Positions 11,576 to 22,957 of a stretch of 47,322 nt of DNA are shown here, in pieces. Made by a program: the position numbers and the translations under genes. Each line of letters begins with the position of its first letter. Position 1 is the first letter of the stretch. Where the stretch lies: contig QPGO01000164.1 of the NCBI GenBank assembly GCA_008632985.1, positions 124,001 to 171,322 on the forward strand, written 5' to 3'. The notes beneath the pieces are model-generated. The model made no database searches. It worked only from the letters and a program-made list of their open reading frames with translations, and had not been told where the DNA came from. The DNA is from Psammoneis japonica (taxonomy: Eukaryota).

Positions 11576-12701
11576 GAATGGCTGATGTCAGAGAGAGGTT
11601 TTTTGCAGTTGTTCTGCCGAAGATGCTTTCGAACGAGAACAAAAGCAGAAACAATGGACAATGTGCATTCTCATGCGTGGGGAACAATCATGACGGGAAC
11701 CACAGTTGCGCATCATGCAGGATCCAAAAGAAGTTCTTGAAACATCGCGTGTCAAGCACTTTGTAAATGACAACTGGCGAGAGTGCCTGGAACCAGAACA
11801 TCCCCGAAAACAACTGAAAATGGTCATTTGTGGCACCTTTTTTGTCTGAGCAGTGAAGATTGTGAACATGTTCAGAAATGAAACATGTGCTTAATCGCTC
11901 ATGACACTTTCTTTCAAAATGACCAATCAATGTCCAATCATTGTCTTTTGGACATTTTCCCATGTTCCCACTCTGAACCAAATTGTCCAATTCTAGAACT
12001 TGACAGTTTTTGATTGTCAAAATGTAAAACAAGACAGTTCTAGATTTGTCAAAATCTTCAATTGGACAATTCTAGATTTGTCACTTTCCAAAACTTTTTA
12101 ATCAAAAATGGCAAAAAAAATGTGGGCAGGGTTCAACAATGAGATGACTCGAATTGTCCACAGCAAGCGTGTCTCTCTGCAATGGCCTTGCGAGAATTCT
12201 CCAATTGTTAAAATTCACCAAAAACGGAAGAACGCAAGGCAAAACAAAAGAAACAACATCATTGACTCTGTCATTGGCACAAGGAAAAAAGCATCAAGAA
12301 CGGGCATCAATGATGGTCATGTTGAAAGTGACAGTTGGTGAAATGCCACAAAAGGGCCTCGAGCTTTTGCTGGTCACTGCTGTAAAAATCGGCGTCTGAT
12401 GCAAGAAGTGTGGGTCATTTCCGGTCATTGTCTGTGCCCAGATTTTTGAGGACTTGCAAATCACAGAAATCAACGAAGCTTGTGTCGACCCTAAAATGAT
12501 TTGCGCCACTGATTCTTGACATTTGAGATGGCGACTTGCTGGCTGCGAAAGCACCCCACTGAAGATGATCGCTCGGGGCTCTTTGGAATTTGTGAATGTG
12601 CAGCGCGGAAGTGGGGCTGGCACTGTGCCAAAAAAATTGAAGCTCCCAAGAGTCAAAAGGCACGGCTGGTGTGAATTGCTTTGTGCGCAAATTTTCAACA
12701 C

Positions 12702-14786
12702 TGACCCATGCAGAAATGGGGAACAAGTGCTCAAACCGCAGAGATTGAGATTTTCTGTGTGTGCAAAAATTGCAAGCTTGTTTTGCGCAGAGCATGCGTG
12801 TGTGCAACAGCAAGACATGCGGAGTTTGAGTCCTTTTGCGGAATCAGTCACACTCGGCACTGCGTGCATCCTGTGCATGCCTTTCACACAAGGCGAGTCA
12901 CTTGTGTGATGGCCAGTCACGCCGGTCTCAGTCGCATGGATCTCCCGTGGACCATCGCAGGTCTCGCACCAGGAGTCGCGTCATCCAACACGCGCTTCTG
13001 CGGGATCAGCGTTGCTGCGGACAGCCTGCAGATGCAGGAAAGTGGCATCATCGGCGGCCACGGTCGGCAGGGATGCCTGATGCACTCGCCCCTGTGACAA
13101 GGTCATGCGAGTGACAGAAGGGTCCCACTGCTGGAAAAAGGACATTTTTTGGTGTGTCCAAAAAACCAGCGCACATGCCTTCTCATGCACGAAGGATGTC
13201 ATTGTCATTGTCACTGTTTCAGTGGACATTTCCCCACTCAGGCGTGCGTCAGTTGTTTTCTGAGCTGACGTCATGCAGTGGAGCATGCACTTCCTGTTGC
13301 GCATGGCATCTGACATCATCGAAGCTCACTTCTTTGACTCGCTCGGCGCTCTGCTCTCACGACTTGGTCGTTTGGGGCCTTGCACGGAGATCATCGGATC
13401 ATCCACCGCACCACTCTTGAGGGTCATCTTGAGGGTCGTCTTCATGAGGTGCGGTGCGGCAGGTGAGGCAGAAGGTCCACGACGTGTGCAGGATGCTGCG
13501 CATTGGAACATGCACATGAGCATTGGCTCCAGGCCTTTTTCACAGGCCTTGCAGAAATGTGATGTCCACTCTACATCCCAGAGATGTGGAACATGTGCCA
13601 CAGGCAATGTCACGAGTCATTTTCTGTTGACACTTTGTCTTGGGCCATTTGGCATGTCTGGGGCTAAACTGCTGTTTTCGCATGGTGAGTTTGCAGCACT
13701 GCACCTGCTGCCTTCTTGGCAGTCATCGGTGTCAGCATCTTTCTCACCAGCAATGAATGAAATTTAGAACAAGATTTTCGAATCGCTCACGAAACGCGAC
13801 ATCTGCGGCGTTCGTGTCGAGCAGGTTGAACATTGGAGTTCTCATCTTGCACTGACATCACGAGGCATGCCGCATTCGACGTGATCGATTCTCTCGTCGT
13901 TCGGCATCGCTTTCAGTGCATCACCGCCATTGTCAAGCGGTGAATTCTTTGAATTTTGCTCGTGCGCGTTCTTCTCACCGCACGAGTGCCATTTTGGCAA
14001 TTTTTTGTTTTCTGCTGCACTCCCAACTGAACAGTCATGGAGAACAGGAAAGTGGCACAATGCAGCGTCTTGCTCTTCTCTGCAGAACGGCTGACAATCA
14101 TGGTGAGTTGAACAAAAGCCATTCTTGCACTTGCCGGAAGTGACATTGCCATGACCTGTGCAGAAACAGGGAACAAGCACTTAAACCGCAGAGATTGAGA
14201 CAATTGTTGAAAAGTCTGTCTGTCTGTCCTTAGTGAATTTTAACTTTGCGAAAAATGGACTTGACTGTTTTCTGATCAGGTGCATTTTTCTTCAATGCAT
14301 TTGCAAAAATGCACCTGACCCGATGACAGTCAAGTCTGTTTTTGCACAAATTGTGTGAACACAACAGTTTCAGCACAAAAACGTGTAGATTCCACAGGCG
14401 TCCATGGTTGTTTTGTGCTTTTTACATCACGGGTCATTTTCGAAAGATTCCTGTTGTTTTCTGTGTGTGCAAAAATTGTGAGCTTATTTTACGTAGAGCA
14501 CACGCATGTGCGACAGCAAGACATGCGGAGTTTGAGTCCTTTCGAGGAATCAGTCATGCTCGGTGCTGCGTGCATCCTTCGCATGCCTTTCGCACAAGGT
14601 GAGTCACTTGCGCGATGGCCAGTCACGCCGGTCTCAGTCATGTGGATCTCCCGCAGACCATCGCAGGTCTCGCACCAGGAGTCGCGTCATCCAATGCGTG
14701 CTTCTGCTGGATCAGCGTCGCTGCGGACAGCCCACAGACGCAGGAAAGTGGCATCATCGGCGGCCACGGCAGGGATGCCTGCTGCA
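12702..14786 (-). mobile_element. Second internally deleted Gypsy-like LTR retroelement
   Basis: LTRs 12702-13084 and 14152-14786 (the latter has a 256-bp insertion at 14201-14456); TG...CA ends; 4-bp TSD ACAC at 12698-12701 and 14787-14790; PPT-like caggggcgag on the minus strand at 13085-13094; gag-like remnant MPNDERIDHVECGMP resembles LPNDELCDMFECGV of the first element. Confidence 0.85.
14201..14456. repeat. Internal MITE segment (inverted match to 10282-10530) inserted in an LTR, containing an internal hairpin
   Basis: Reverse complement aligns end to end with 10282-10530; contains gacttgactg...cagtcaagtc inverted repeat; absent from the partner LTR. Confidence 0.85.
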
Positions 14787-15171
14787 ACACATCTGCTCAC
14801 ACCCGTCTGTTTGTTTTGCTTGCGAGTGACAACAGACAATGCACAGGGGCGTCAAGAAAATTTTGCCACTTTTTCACTCAATTTCGTAAAAAACAATTGG
14901 CACTCTCAACATTTGGAGTTGTGAGAAAAGTGTGGGTGATTCGTCTTGTTTTTCCAAGAAAAAGCACTTTTTTGGCAAATGAAACCATGCAAAAACCAGT
15001 GTGTTTTATCTCAAAACTAATTGTGCCCCAAGCTGTGAGCAAATGATGCCATGTGTTGAGGTGGCAAGGGTGCAAAAGTGTGGGCCGTTGCACTGGACAG
15101 ACAGAAATCTTGAACATTTCTGGCGGGAATCCAGAACTTTGTCTTTAACATGAATGATTTGAAAATGTTGT

Positions 15172-18100
15172 TGACAGAAATTGAGGGCAAATGGCAAGAA
15201 TTCAAACAACAACTCCTTGCTGCTGTCTAAACAGCAGATGAGTCTCCGCTCAGAGACCGTTGCAGGAGCCGAAGGACGTGCAAGTCGGCACAATCGGGCT
15301 GCTGTTGTCATTCTTGTGAGCCTTGTGGCTCAAAAGCAAACCACATCGCGCCGAACGCGCGGAACTAAAGCACACAAAACTGTGCGCGGCAAACTGAACA
15401 GCACGCGACATTTCGCGCGCACCTGAATCCTGTTCAAATCCTGTCACTCCCCAGTTTGCTTGAGGAGCCACAGAAACAGACTCGACTTTGGATGGAATGA
15501 AGTTCCAGAACATGAGGGGGCGGAGAAGTCCCAGATTTGGGAGTGACCCCAATGCTTGCTGAGAATGTCAGCAGGGTTGCGGGAGCCTTCGATGAAGTGG
15601 AGCTCAAGGCAACCAGAGGCAATCGCCTCACGCACACGGTGGAACGATGGTGCGGCACGTCGCTTGTGTAACTTGGAGTGCGGGATGGTGGCACTGTCTA
15701 CAACCGACTTGTTGTCACGAACATGCAACTGACATTGCGGATCGGGACGCCAAGGTGGCGCAGGGTGATGCGCAGGTCGACAATCTGTTCGACACAAGTC
15801 CTTGCGGCAACAAATTCAGACCCGCAGGTCGCAGTCTCCACAGTGGCTTGCTTCTTGGAGAACCAATCAGCCGGGAATTTGTTGAGGAAGTGGAGCATTC
15901 CCATGACAGAGCGTCCGGTGAGCATGCAATGGTGCAAGTTTGCATCGACGCAGTGGGTTGCAGTGGCGAACTTGCCAAGGGGTGGTGGAGCGTCCTTCAG
16001 GATCATCTCCTCTGCTTCGCCACACACGGAATGCATCCATTCACAGGCCGGAGCAGAAAAGATCCGAATGGTCGGGCTCTTCCGTGCGAACGCGGAGAGC
16101 GCCGTGTCGCATCTTGGAGAGGTGCCCACAGACGCGTTTGGCACGATCCAAGTGGCCTTGACGGGGTGCAGCTCGGAAGCTGGAGAGTGACATGACGGCC
16201 GTGTTTGATGTCAATTCGACCAAGGGACACTGCCCATTGGAGTGAACCAACAAGAGACTGGAACTTGTGAATGCCATCGGGCTCCAGCAGTTCGGAAGTG
16301 TCCAGTTCGGGGTGGTCACCCTTCTCCAGAGGTGACAGGGCGTTGGTGGTGGGTTTCTCCCCAAACGGTCGGGTGCAGCTGTCGACCATGCGCTCGATGT
16401 ACTTGCGCGGAGACAGGCACAAGGTGCCGTCGGGATCCCGGGAAAAGTCGCAACCCAGATGGAACTCAATGGGTCCCGCACCCTTGAGCTTGAACTTGTG
16501 CTTTTCCGTGAGAGTGTCGACGAAAGATTGAGGGTCCTTCACAGCAACGGCGAGGTCATCCACATAAACGGCAATGCATTCACAGTGGTCGCCGTTCCTG
16601 CGCATCCAAATGTTGGGTTCGGCGCGGCAGGGGAAGAAGCCTTCAGCTCGCAGGCAGTCGGCGAAGCGCTCGTGCCAGCGGAGACGGAGCTGCGCAGTCC
16701 ATGCAGGGCCTTGTGGATGACAAGGATGTGTCCTTCGAGTTTGCCAAATTCGGGTCCGGCTGCAATGTAGAGCTTCTCCTTGGTGGTGGCTTCAAGGTGG
16801 GCATTGCCAATGTCGGTGGCCCATGTCTCCAACTCGTTGAGTTCGGCCAGGAAAATCATCAGCCGAAGGCCACGGAGGGAGACTGCTCCGGAGCAGACAC
16901 TGTCAATGGGTATGTCCATGAGGTGCCCATCAGCTACGAGTCGTGCCTTGTGGCGACCGTCGTGTTTCACGTCGTGCACTGGGTGCACTCGGATCTTCTT
17001 GTGTCCGGCAGGAGGAGTGGAAGACTTGGAGGGCCCGCAGTCATGGAAGACTTCGTATTCCTCGAGTTGGTCCATCTCAAGATTAGTTGCATTTCCCCAT
17101 TTGCAGTTGCCGTTGCGTTCGTCCAGTGACATGGCGTGTTTGCAGTTCCGGGGAACTTCGCATCCGCACTTGCAGCGAGGTGCAGTGCGGAAGGAGCAAA
17201 GCTTGGCTTGGTTGGCCATGCGGAACAGCTTCTTCTGGCGCCTCGCGATGGTGCGGAACCGCTTCCAGCCATCAGTGTCGAGAAGTCCGTTCTCTCGTGC
17301 ACAGATGGCGCAGGTGACGGGGTCATCCTTGGCGATGATGGCAAGAGGCTCGGACGTGATCTCCCCACTTTCCCATTCAAGCACAATGTTGTAGCTTGAG
17401 CCTTTCCAGGTTGGGTCATGAGGCTTCAGAGGTCCTTCGTGTGACACGATGCGTCGAAATTTCCAAACAGCAGTGTCTTCGTCTTCTTGCTCAATGTGAT
17501 TCATGATGTCGTTGCAGGCAAGGACTTCCTCGCATTCATCATTGTTGACAGAGCAGATGAACTTAGTGAGCTCGGGATTGCCGTTCACTTTCCATTCGTG
17601 GTCTTCGACGACGATGCGAGCTCTGTGGCGTTGTCCGTCCTCTTGTGGCTGCATGAGGAAGGTGCGTCTGATGATGTCTTGCGGATCGAAAACTGGCATC
17701 TTGGGTGTCCTGATCTCCCCATCAGGAGAATCGACGGGGTTGTCGTCATGGCGACATTTGATGATGGGTTCAGGTGGCTCCCCATCAGGAGGATCAAGAC
17801 GCAGGTTTCAAACGGCAGGATCGGTGGTGGCGGATCGTACGTTGGACCGGCAGAGGATCTTCTGAGTCTCGTCAGAGAGAATCTTGAAGGTCATCTGGTG
17901 GCCGACGTGCTCAGCAATGCCAACAAAGCGTCCACGCAACTCACGGGATTCGGACGGCCAATCGGAGTCATCGAGGTGGAAGCACACGGGTTCCCACCAG
18001 TGAAAGCGAAGCAATGGGCTGATGTCGGGGTGGAGCCAGTGAGAGTCTCGAGGGGCGTGCGCCAGTGGAGACGTGGGGACGCTGTGTGGTTGAGCACAAA

Positions 18101-21100
18101 GCACACGTGCATGAGCACCAGCAGCCATGTGTGGGCAGGCGAACCGAAACGATCCATGACAGTGTTTGCCATGCGCTTCACGGTCTGGTGTCGACGCTCG
18201 GCAAAGTTTTGGTGTTGCTGGTGAGGCTCACTTTGCCAGCTGGAGATGAAGAGGGCTCGTAGAATCCCGAGCACCTTGTTGCTGATCTCAACTTGAGCAT
18301 GGTCGCCAATGAGTTTGGATGGGGCACCACGCTCACGGATCTGATCCTCGAGTGTGTTGACAAACTCCTTGTCCATCTTGGTGCCATGGACGTCAGTGAC
18401 GGTGGACTCGGTGCCAACAAACAGTTGGGCGCTGGTGCAACCAGAGTCGACGGCCGGGGTGTCGGCACAAACGGTGTCAGTGGCGACAGGCTCGTTGCGG
18501 CGGTGCACATTAAGGGCGGGGTTGGGTGATTTGCAGGCCTTGCGAAGGTGTGTGCCGGCGGGCATGCGGGCGCACTGCGTGGTGCAGTCAAAAGTACGAC
18601 GGACCGCATCGGCAGGTAGGAAGCCAAAGCAAGGCCGAAGAGACTCGAAGGGGGGGTCCTTGGGCTGTACAGTGCGCTCCGGAGGTGGAACGTCATCGCC
18701 CTGGGGGCCAATCGCATGCAGATGACACTCGCAGAACACGTCGTCGTTCGGAATGAGGTGATCATCGAGGGCGGACGCGTCATCAGCAGACAAGGAAGCG
18801 GACATGATGGTCTCGTTGACAACAACACAATGACGGCAGCAAACAGGTTGGCAGTGGGATCGTCCTGCAGGTCAGAGATCGCGTTGCACCACTGGTCGTC
18901 GTCAGTGACAGAGTGATCGAGGACGGAAGGATCCCATGTGTCATCACCGGGTGAGGATGACATGGGGCAGGGTGTCCCATTCGGCATCAGTGCAAGGTCG
19001 CATGGCAACACAAGGCAGGCCGCCCTTGATGTCAATGGGGATGACATGGCCATCAGGAGTGGCAATGCGTTGCAAGCCGTTGGGCACCTTGACAGAGCGA
19101 TCGTTGACATCCTGTTTGTGCCACTCGAGCTGGCCGCAGGAATGGATGGTCTTGCCCTTTCCCGTGTGTGCGCACTGATGGAGGATGGCGATGACGGGAC
19201 CACGCTGGGTCTCAATGACGGCACCCGTGGTGACAACAGGGATGTCCACCAATTGATGGTCGTCAATGCCCTGAACGTCGACTTGGCGAGAGGTGCGTGC
19301 AATGACGCAAACGTCGTCGCCAGCAATGCCGCCGTTGGCCCCACGATCGACTAGAGCACCAGTGCGTGTGGAGCGATGAGCAGAGGCAGAGCAAATGACA
19401 TTGTGGTCATTGACGCGACGGCAAGTGCGGCCGTCAAGTTCCATGTCATCGGCAGAAGCTGGCGGGGTAGAGGGAGTGGCGGATGGCCCCGGTCGACTGG
19501 TGTTGGGGGCTTGGTTAGGAGACAACAGATGGTGCAGATCACCGGGTGGCAGTGGCCTGCGCTTGGTGAGGTGCGCCAGGATGGGATTGTCCGAAGTGGC
19601 ATCCACACTTGGAGCGGAGTCACCAGAGTCAGCAGGAGTCGTGTTGGACATGTCAAGGCGTTGGTCGTGAAGGTTGGCCGTAATGGACTCATGGCAGTTG
19701 CTGGCTCACGGATTGCGGGGAGGCGGACGAGAATGCCCAAGGATGATCGCCTTGGAGGAATGGGGCAACGAATCCCAAATCCGTTGGTGGTCGGGAGGGA
19801 GACGTTTCCATTGGTCACCGGTGAGGCTGGGACCACGGGTGTGGGCAGCATTGGCCTGAAGGACGTCAATGTCGCTGTCAATGTCGCAGAACACATCGTC
19901 AGACGGTTCCTCGGAGTGGACATCGTGTGTGCATGTGGCACGTCGGGGAGCTCGAGGTGTCGTCTTGGGTTGAAACGCACTGTCGCATTGAGCCGCCGCA
20001 GAGAGGAGCAAGCCACAGCATTGATCGCATGTGAGGCTCTTGCCACTCTGCGTACGATGCTGATCAGCTTGGTTCTTGACAGCACGGAGTTCCTCGACAG
20101 GGTGTGCGGCATTCTCAAGCATGATGCACTTTTGTCCTTCAGAGAAGTGGTCACTGGCCGGGATGAGTGCCTCGTGCTTGCGCAACTGATCTTGCCAATG
20201 AAGGATGAACCCGTGGGTCGGACCTTTCCAAGTGCCATCACCAAGACGTGCGGTGGCAAGGTGCGTGAGCAAGGTGGAGGACTCGACAGATGCGTGGGTG
20301 GAGGCGAGCGCATGCTCAGACAAGGCGTGGCAGACGGTCTGGGCGTCAGAAGACCCCACATTTTCGCGAATGAGAGCCTTGCCCTTGTCGGTGAGAAGAA
20401 CGCGTTCGAAGACGGCAAACATGTGCTTTTGCTGTTCAGCAAAGAGCAGTTTGTCTTCGGGGCTGGTCGGTTTGTACGACGAGTCTAGAATGCACTCGAC
20501 GTCTTGGGCACGGGCTTGTGCCACAAGTGAGGTGTGCCAAGTGTGCCACTGCTTGTCAGATTTGAGAGCCGTGAAAGCGGTGGGGTCACACTTGATGCCT
20601 CGCTTGAAGTCTCGCACCAGGTCGCGTGCCTTGGTCGGGTTGGTGACATGCGGAGGTGCGAGGGGTGAGCTGCCGATGGACACAGGGACACAGAAGACAT
20701 GCAGTCGGGGCTCTGAGGCGGCAGGCAAGGAACTCGTCATGCGTGAACAACGAGGAGTCATTGGCAACGTCAAGACCTTCGTGTGCTTTGACAACGCACA
20801 GACTGGTTGGAGCTGCTAACATGTTCTTATAACCGTGGGGCAAAGGGATCACATTGGCGCCGTTGTCGCACTCAAGCGAGTGATTTGGGACGGCATGAAC
20901 GTGAACAGTTCTTGATGCGAGTCCGTGCCATCTTGGGTCAAAGCCAAACGAAGAGGGCTCCCAGCACCTTGGGCAAGCACGGTTCCAACAACGTGCTCGA
21001 AACCATCGGTTTGTTGCTGACGAGTGAGAACCATGGCAGACAAAAGTGGTGTCAGGACAAGCAATTCTTGTTGGGAAGCGAAGGCAGACTTGAAACTTGG

Positions 21101-22220
21101 GTGAGAATGGACTTGACTTGAAACAGACTTGACTTGAAATCTTGAACTGCCTTGAAATCAGAAGTCGCCGGGCTGTGCCATCCCATTCGTTGTCAAGTGC
21201 TAAACTTCCCATCCGGTCCGTAGAGTTGTGCCGGCACGTCCGAACCCGCAGCCAGCGGCGCTTTGGGTTGCTTGCGAGCGGAGCAGCGGTTGCAAACCCC
21301 TGCAGGCAAGCTGACCAGAGGTGGACAAGACCCCCGAACCGTTCTTGTTTTACATTGGTTGGATTTCCCGATCAGGCTGGCCAGTTGACGCAGGCGTTGG
21401 GCACTGTGGACGAACGAACAAACGCGGGAAAGCACCCTCGCCCCAACACAGGCTGCAATCACGGCTGCTTGCTCTCACAGTTGTCGCACCAGTGGTCCGG
21501 GGTGGATCAGGTGCAATGGACTCGGTGTGCTTGTAGAGTGGCAGCAAAACCGCAGTCCGAAGAGTGGGTGCAAGTTCTTGGCCGTGAAGATGTGCACATG
21601 CACATGTCTTCAGCGATGAAGGTCCTTGAACATGCAGGGTTCTTGACCGTTAACCGATGAATGGGTGTGTCAAGGGATGAGGATCAAGGGTGGACTTGGA
21701 TGTGACCGTTGATGCATGTCTTCAGCGATCAAAGGCAGTGTGATCAATCCAGACATCCAGCGGCAAGGAGACTTGACGGTGACGTTAAATTCCTGCCAAT
21801 GCCTGGCATTGAACATGCGCAGACTTGCCGATGCATGTAGAATGTGTGCGGAGGTCCACGCAGAATTGAAGTGGCGTCGTCGGTAAATCAACGACGACGA
21901 TGGCGGTTGCTCAATGGGTTGACAATGAGCAAGACTGTCAATCTGACAGAAATTGAAGGCAAACGGCAAGAACTCAAACAATGACTCCTTGCTGCTGTCT
22001 AAATGGCAGATGAGTCTCCGCTCAGAGACCGTCACAGGAGCCGAAAGACGTGCAAGTCGGTGCAATCGGGCCACTGTTGTCATTCTTGTGAGCCTTGTGG
22101 CTCAAAAGCAAACCACATCGTGCGCAAACGCGCGGAGCTGAAGCACACAAAACTGTGCGCGGGTAAACTAAACAGCGCGCGACATTTCACGCGCACCCAA
22201 ATCCTGTTCAGATCCTGTCA
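15172..22220 (-). mobile_element. Full-length Ty1/Copia LTR retrotransposon (CoDi-like), inactivated
   Basis: LTRs 15172-15446 and 21944-22220 (TGACAG...CTGTCA); 5-bp TSD GTTGT at 15167-15171 and 22221-22225; PPT aaactggggag; domain order gag-PR-IN-RT-RH. Confidence 0.96.
15460..21034 (-). pseudogene. Copia gag-pol polyprotein pseudogene (multiple frameshifts, Tyr->Cys/His)
   Basis: gag start MVLTRQQQ (ATG 21034); protease ALVDRGANGG; integrase SEPHQQHQNFAERR; RT KARLVADGH, DIGNAHLEA, VYVDD; RNaseH WFSKKQATVETATCGSEF, NPADILSKHWG. Confidence 0.93.
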
Positions 22221-22957
22221 GTTGTCATCCAGATGAACAAACACATTCATTTTCCTGCAAAAAATGTCTCTCAAAAATCAACGCTGCTTCTTTTGCAATG
22301 TGCCGGCATCTTGTGTTTGCACCCCGCGATTTGCGCATCCGTTGCCATCAAAAAACTTTGTTTTTCATTTTGACATGGACTCTGAGCAACAGAAAAAAAT
22401 TGACACAGCAAAATTTGAGACACCTCTGTCTTTTGCTTGCTGTTGTCAATGGAGTGCACACTTGTGTCAGTGAACCCACACACCCTTTTTTGAACAAAAA
22501 CACAAAACAATGCTCTCACAAATTCAAGCAACCGGCACTGTGGTGTGAACTTGGGGTGCCGATCTGCGCAAACAACGAAAAAGAAAATGGCTGCAAAACG
22601 AGCCAGGAGGTGCAGGCCTTTTGCAACATCTTTTAGTTTGCGACTTACCACTTTGGCACATAACCCACTCTTTGGGCCCTGATGGGTAGACAGCATGCCA
22701 AAGCGACATGTCAATCGCAGTTGCAGAAATGCCTTCTGTAGCATGCACGGTGAAAAACATCTCTTTTTAAAGAAGTTTTGTCAAAACGTATAAGTGTGCG
22801 GTATAAAATGCGTCTTTTTCAACCATTTTTGTCAAAAGCTAAAAGTACAGCATGCCCGGACGTCAACGCGCGCAAGATCTGCCCAGGTCTCCATTCCATC
22901 GGTTCCATCAAGGCAGAAGAAGGCAGAAAACGCCAACAAAACACACGAGCAACAAGC

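Noticed and set aside
9182..21034. Alternative genetic code or RNA editing restoring Tyr
   Set aside because: Neighbouring intact genes use TAY normally, Tyr is replaced by two different codon types, the same changes occur in non-coding LTRs and MITEs, and frameshifts are present.
3797..22220. Classical fungal RIP or simple CpG decay as the sole explanation
   Set aside because: Both are C->T processes. RIP would raise TpA, and neither converts conserved TAY codons to TGY/CAY. CpG decay is probably present only as a secondary component.
3797..22220. ADAR editing of retroelement RNA or RT error before integration
   Set aside because: Changes occur on both strands, differ between the two LTRs of one element, and also affect DNA transposons and host pseudogenes.
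1..22600. Dozens of 60-390-aa Cys/His-rich ORFs in all six frames as novel genes
   Set aside because: They are explained by loss of TAA/TAG codons and are mostly off-frame or antisense to recognisable TE and pseudogene sequence.
22778..22957. N-terminal extension of the SET ORF from the TTG start in the ORF track
   Set aside because: This is a non-ATG start. The ATG at 22958 begins a signal-like peptide after an A/C-rich leader. An in-frame ATG near 22808 is possible but unsupported.
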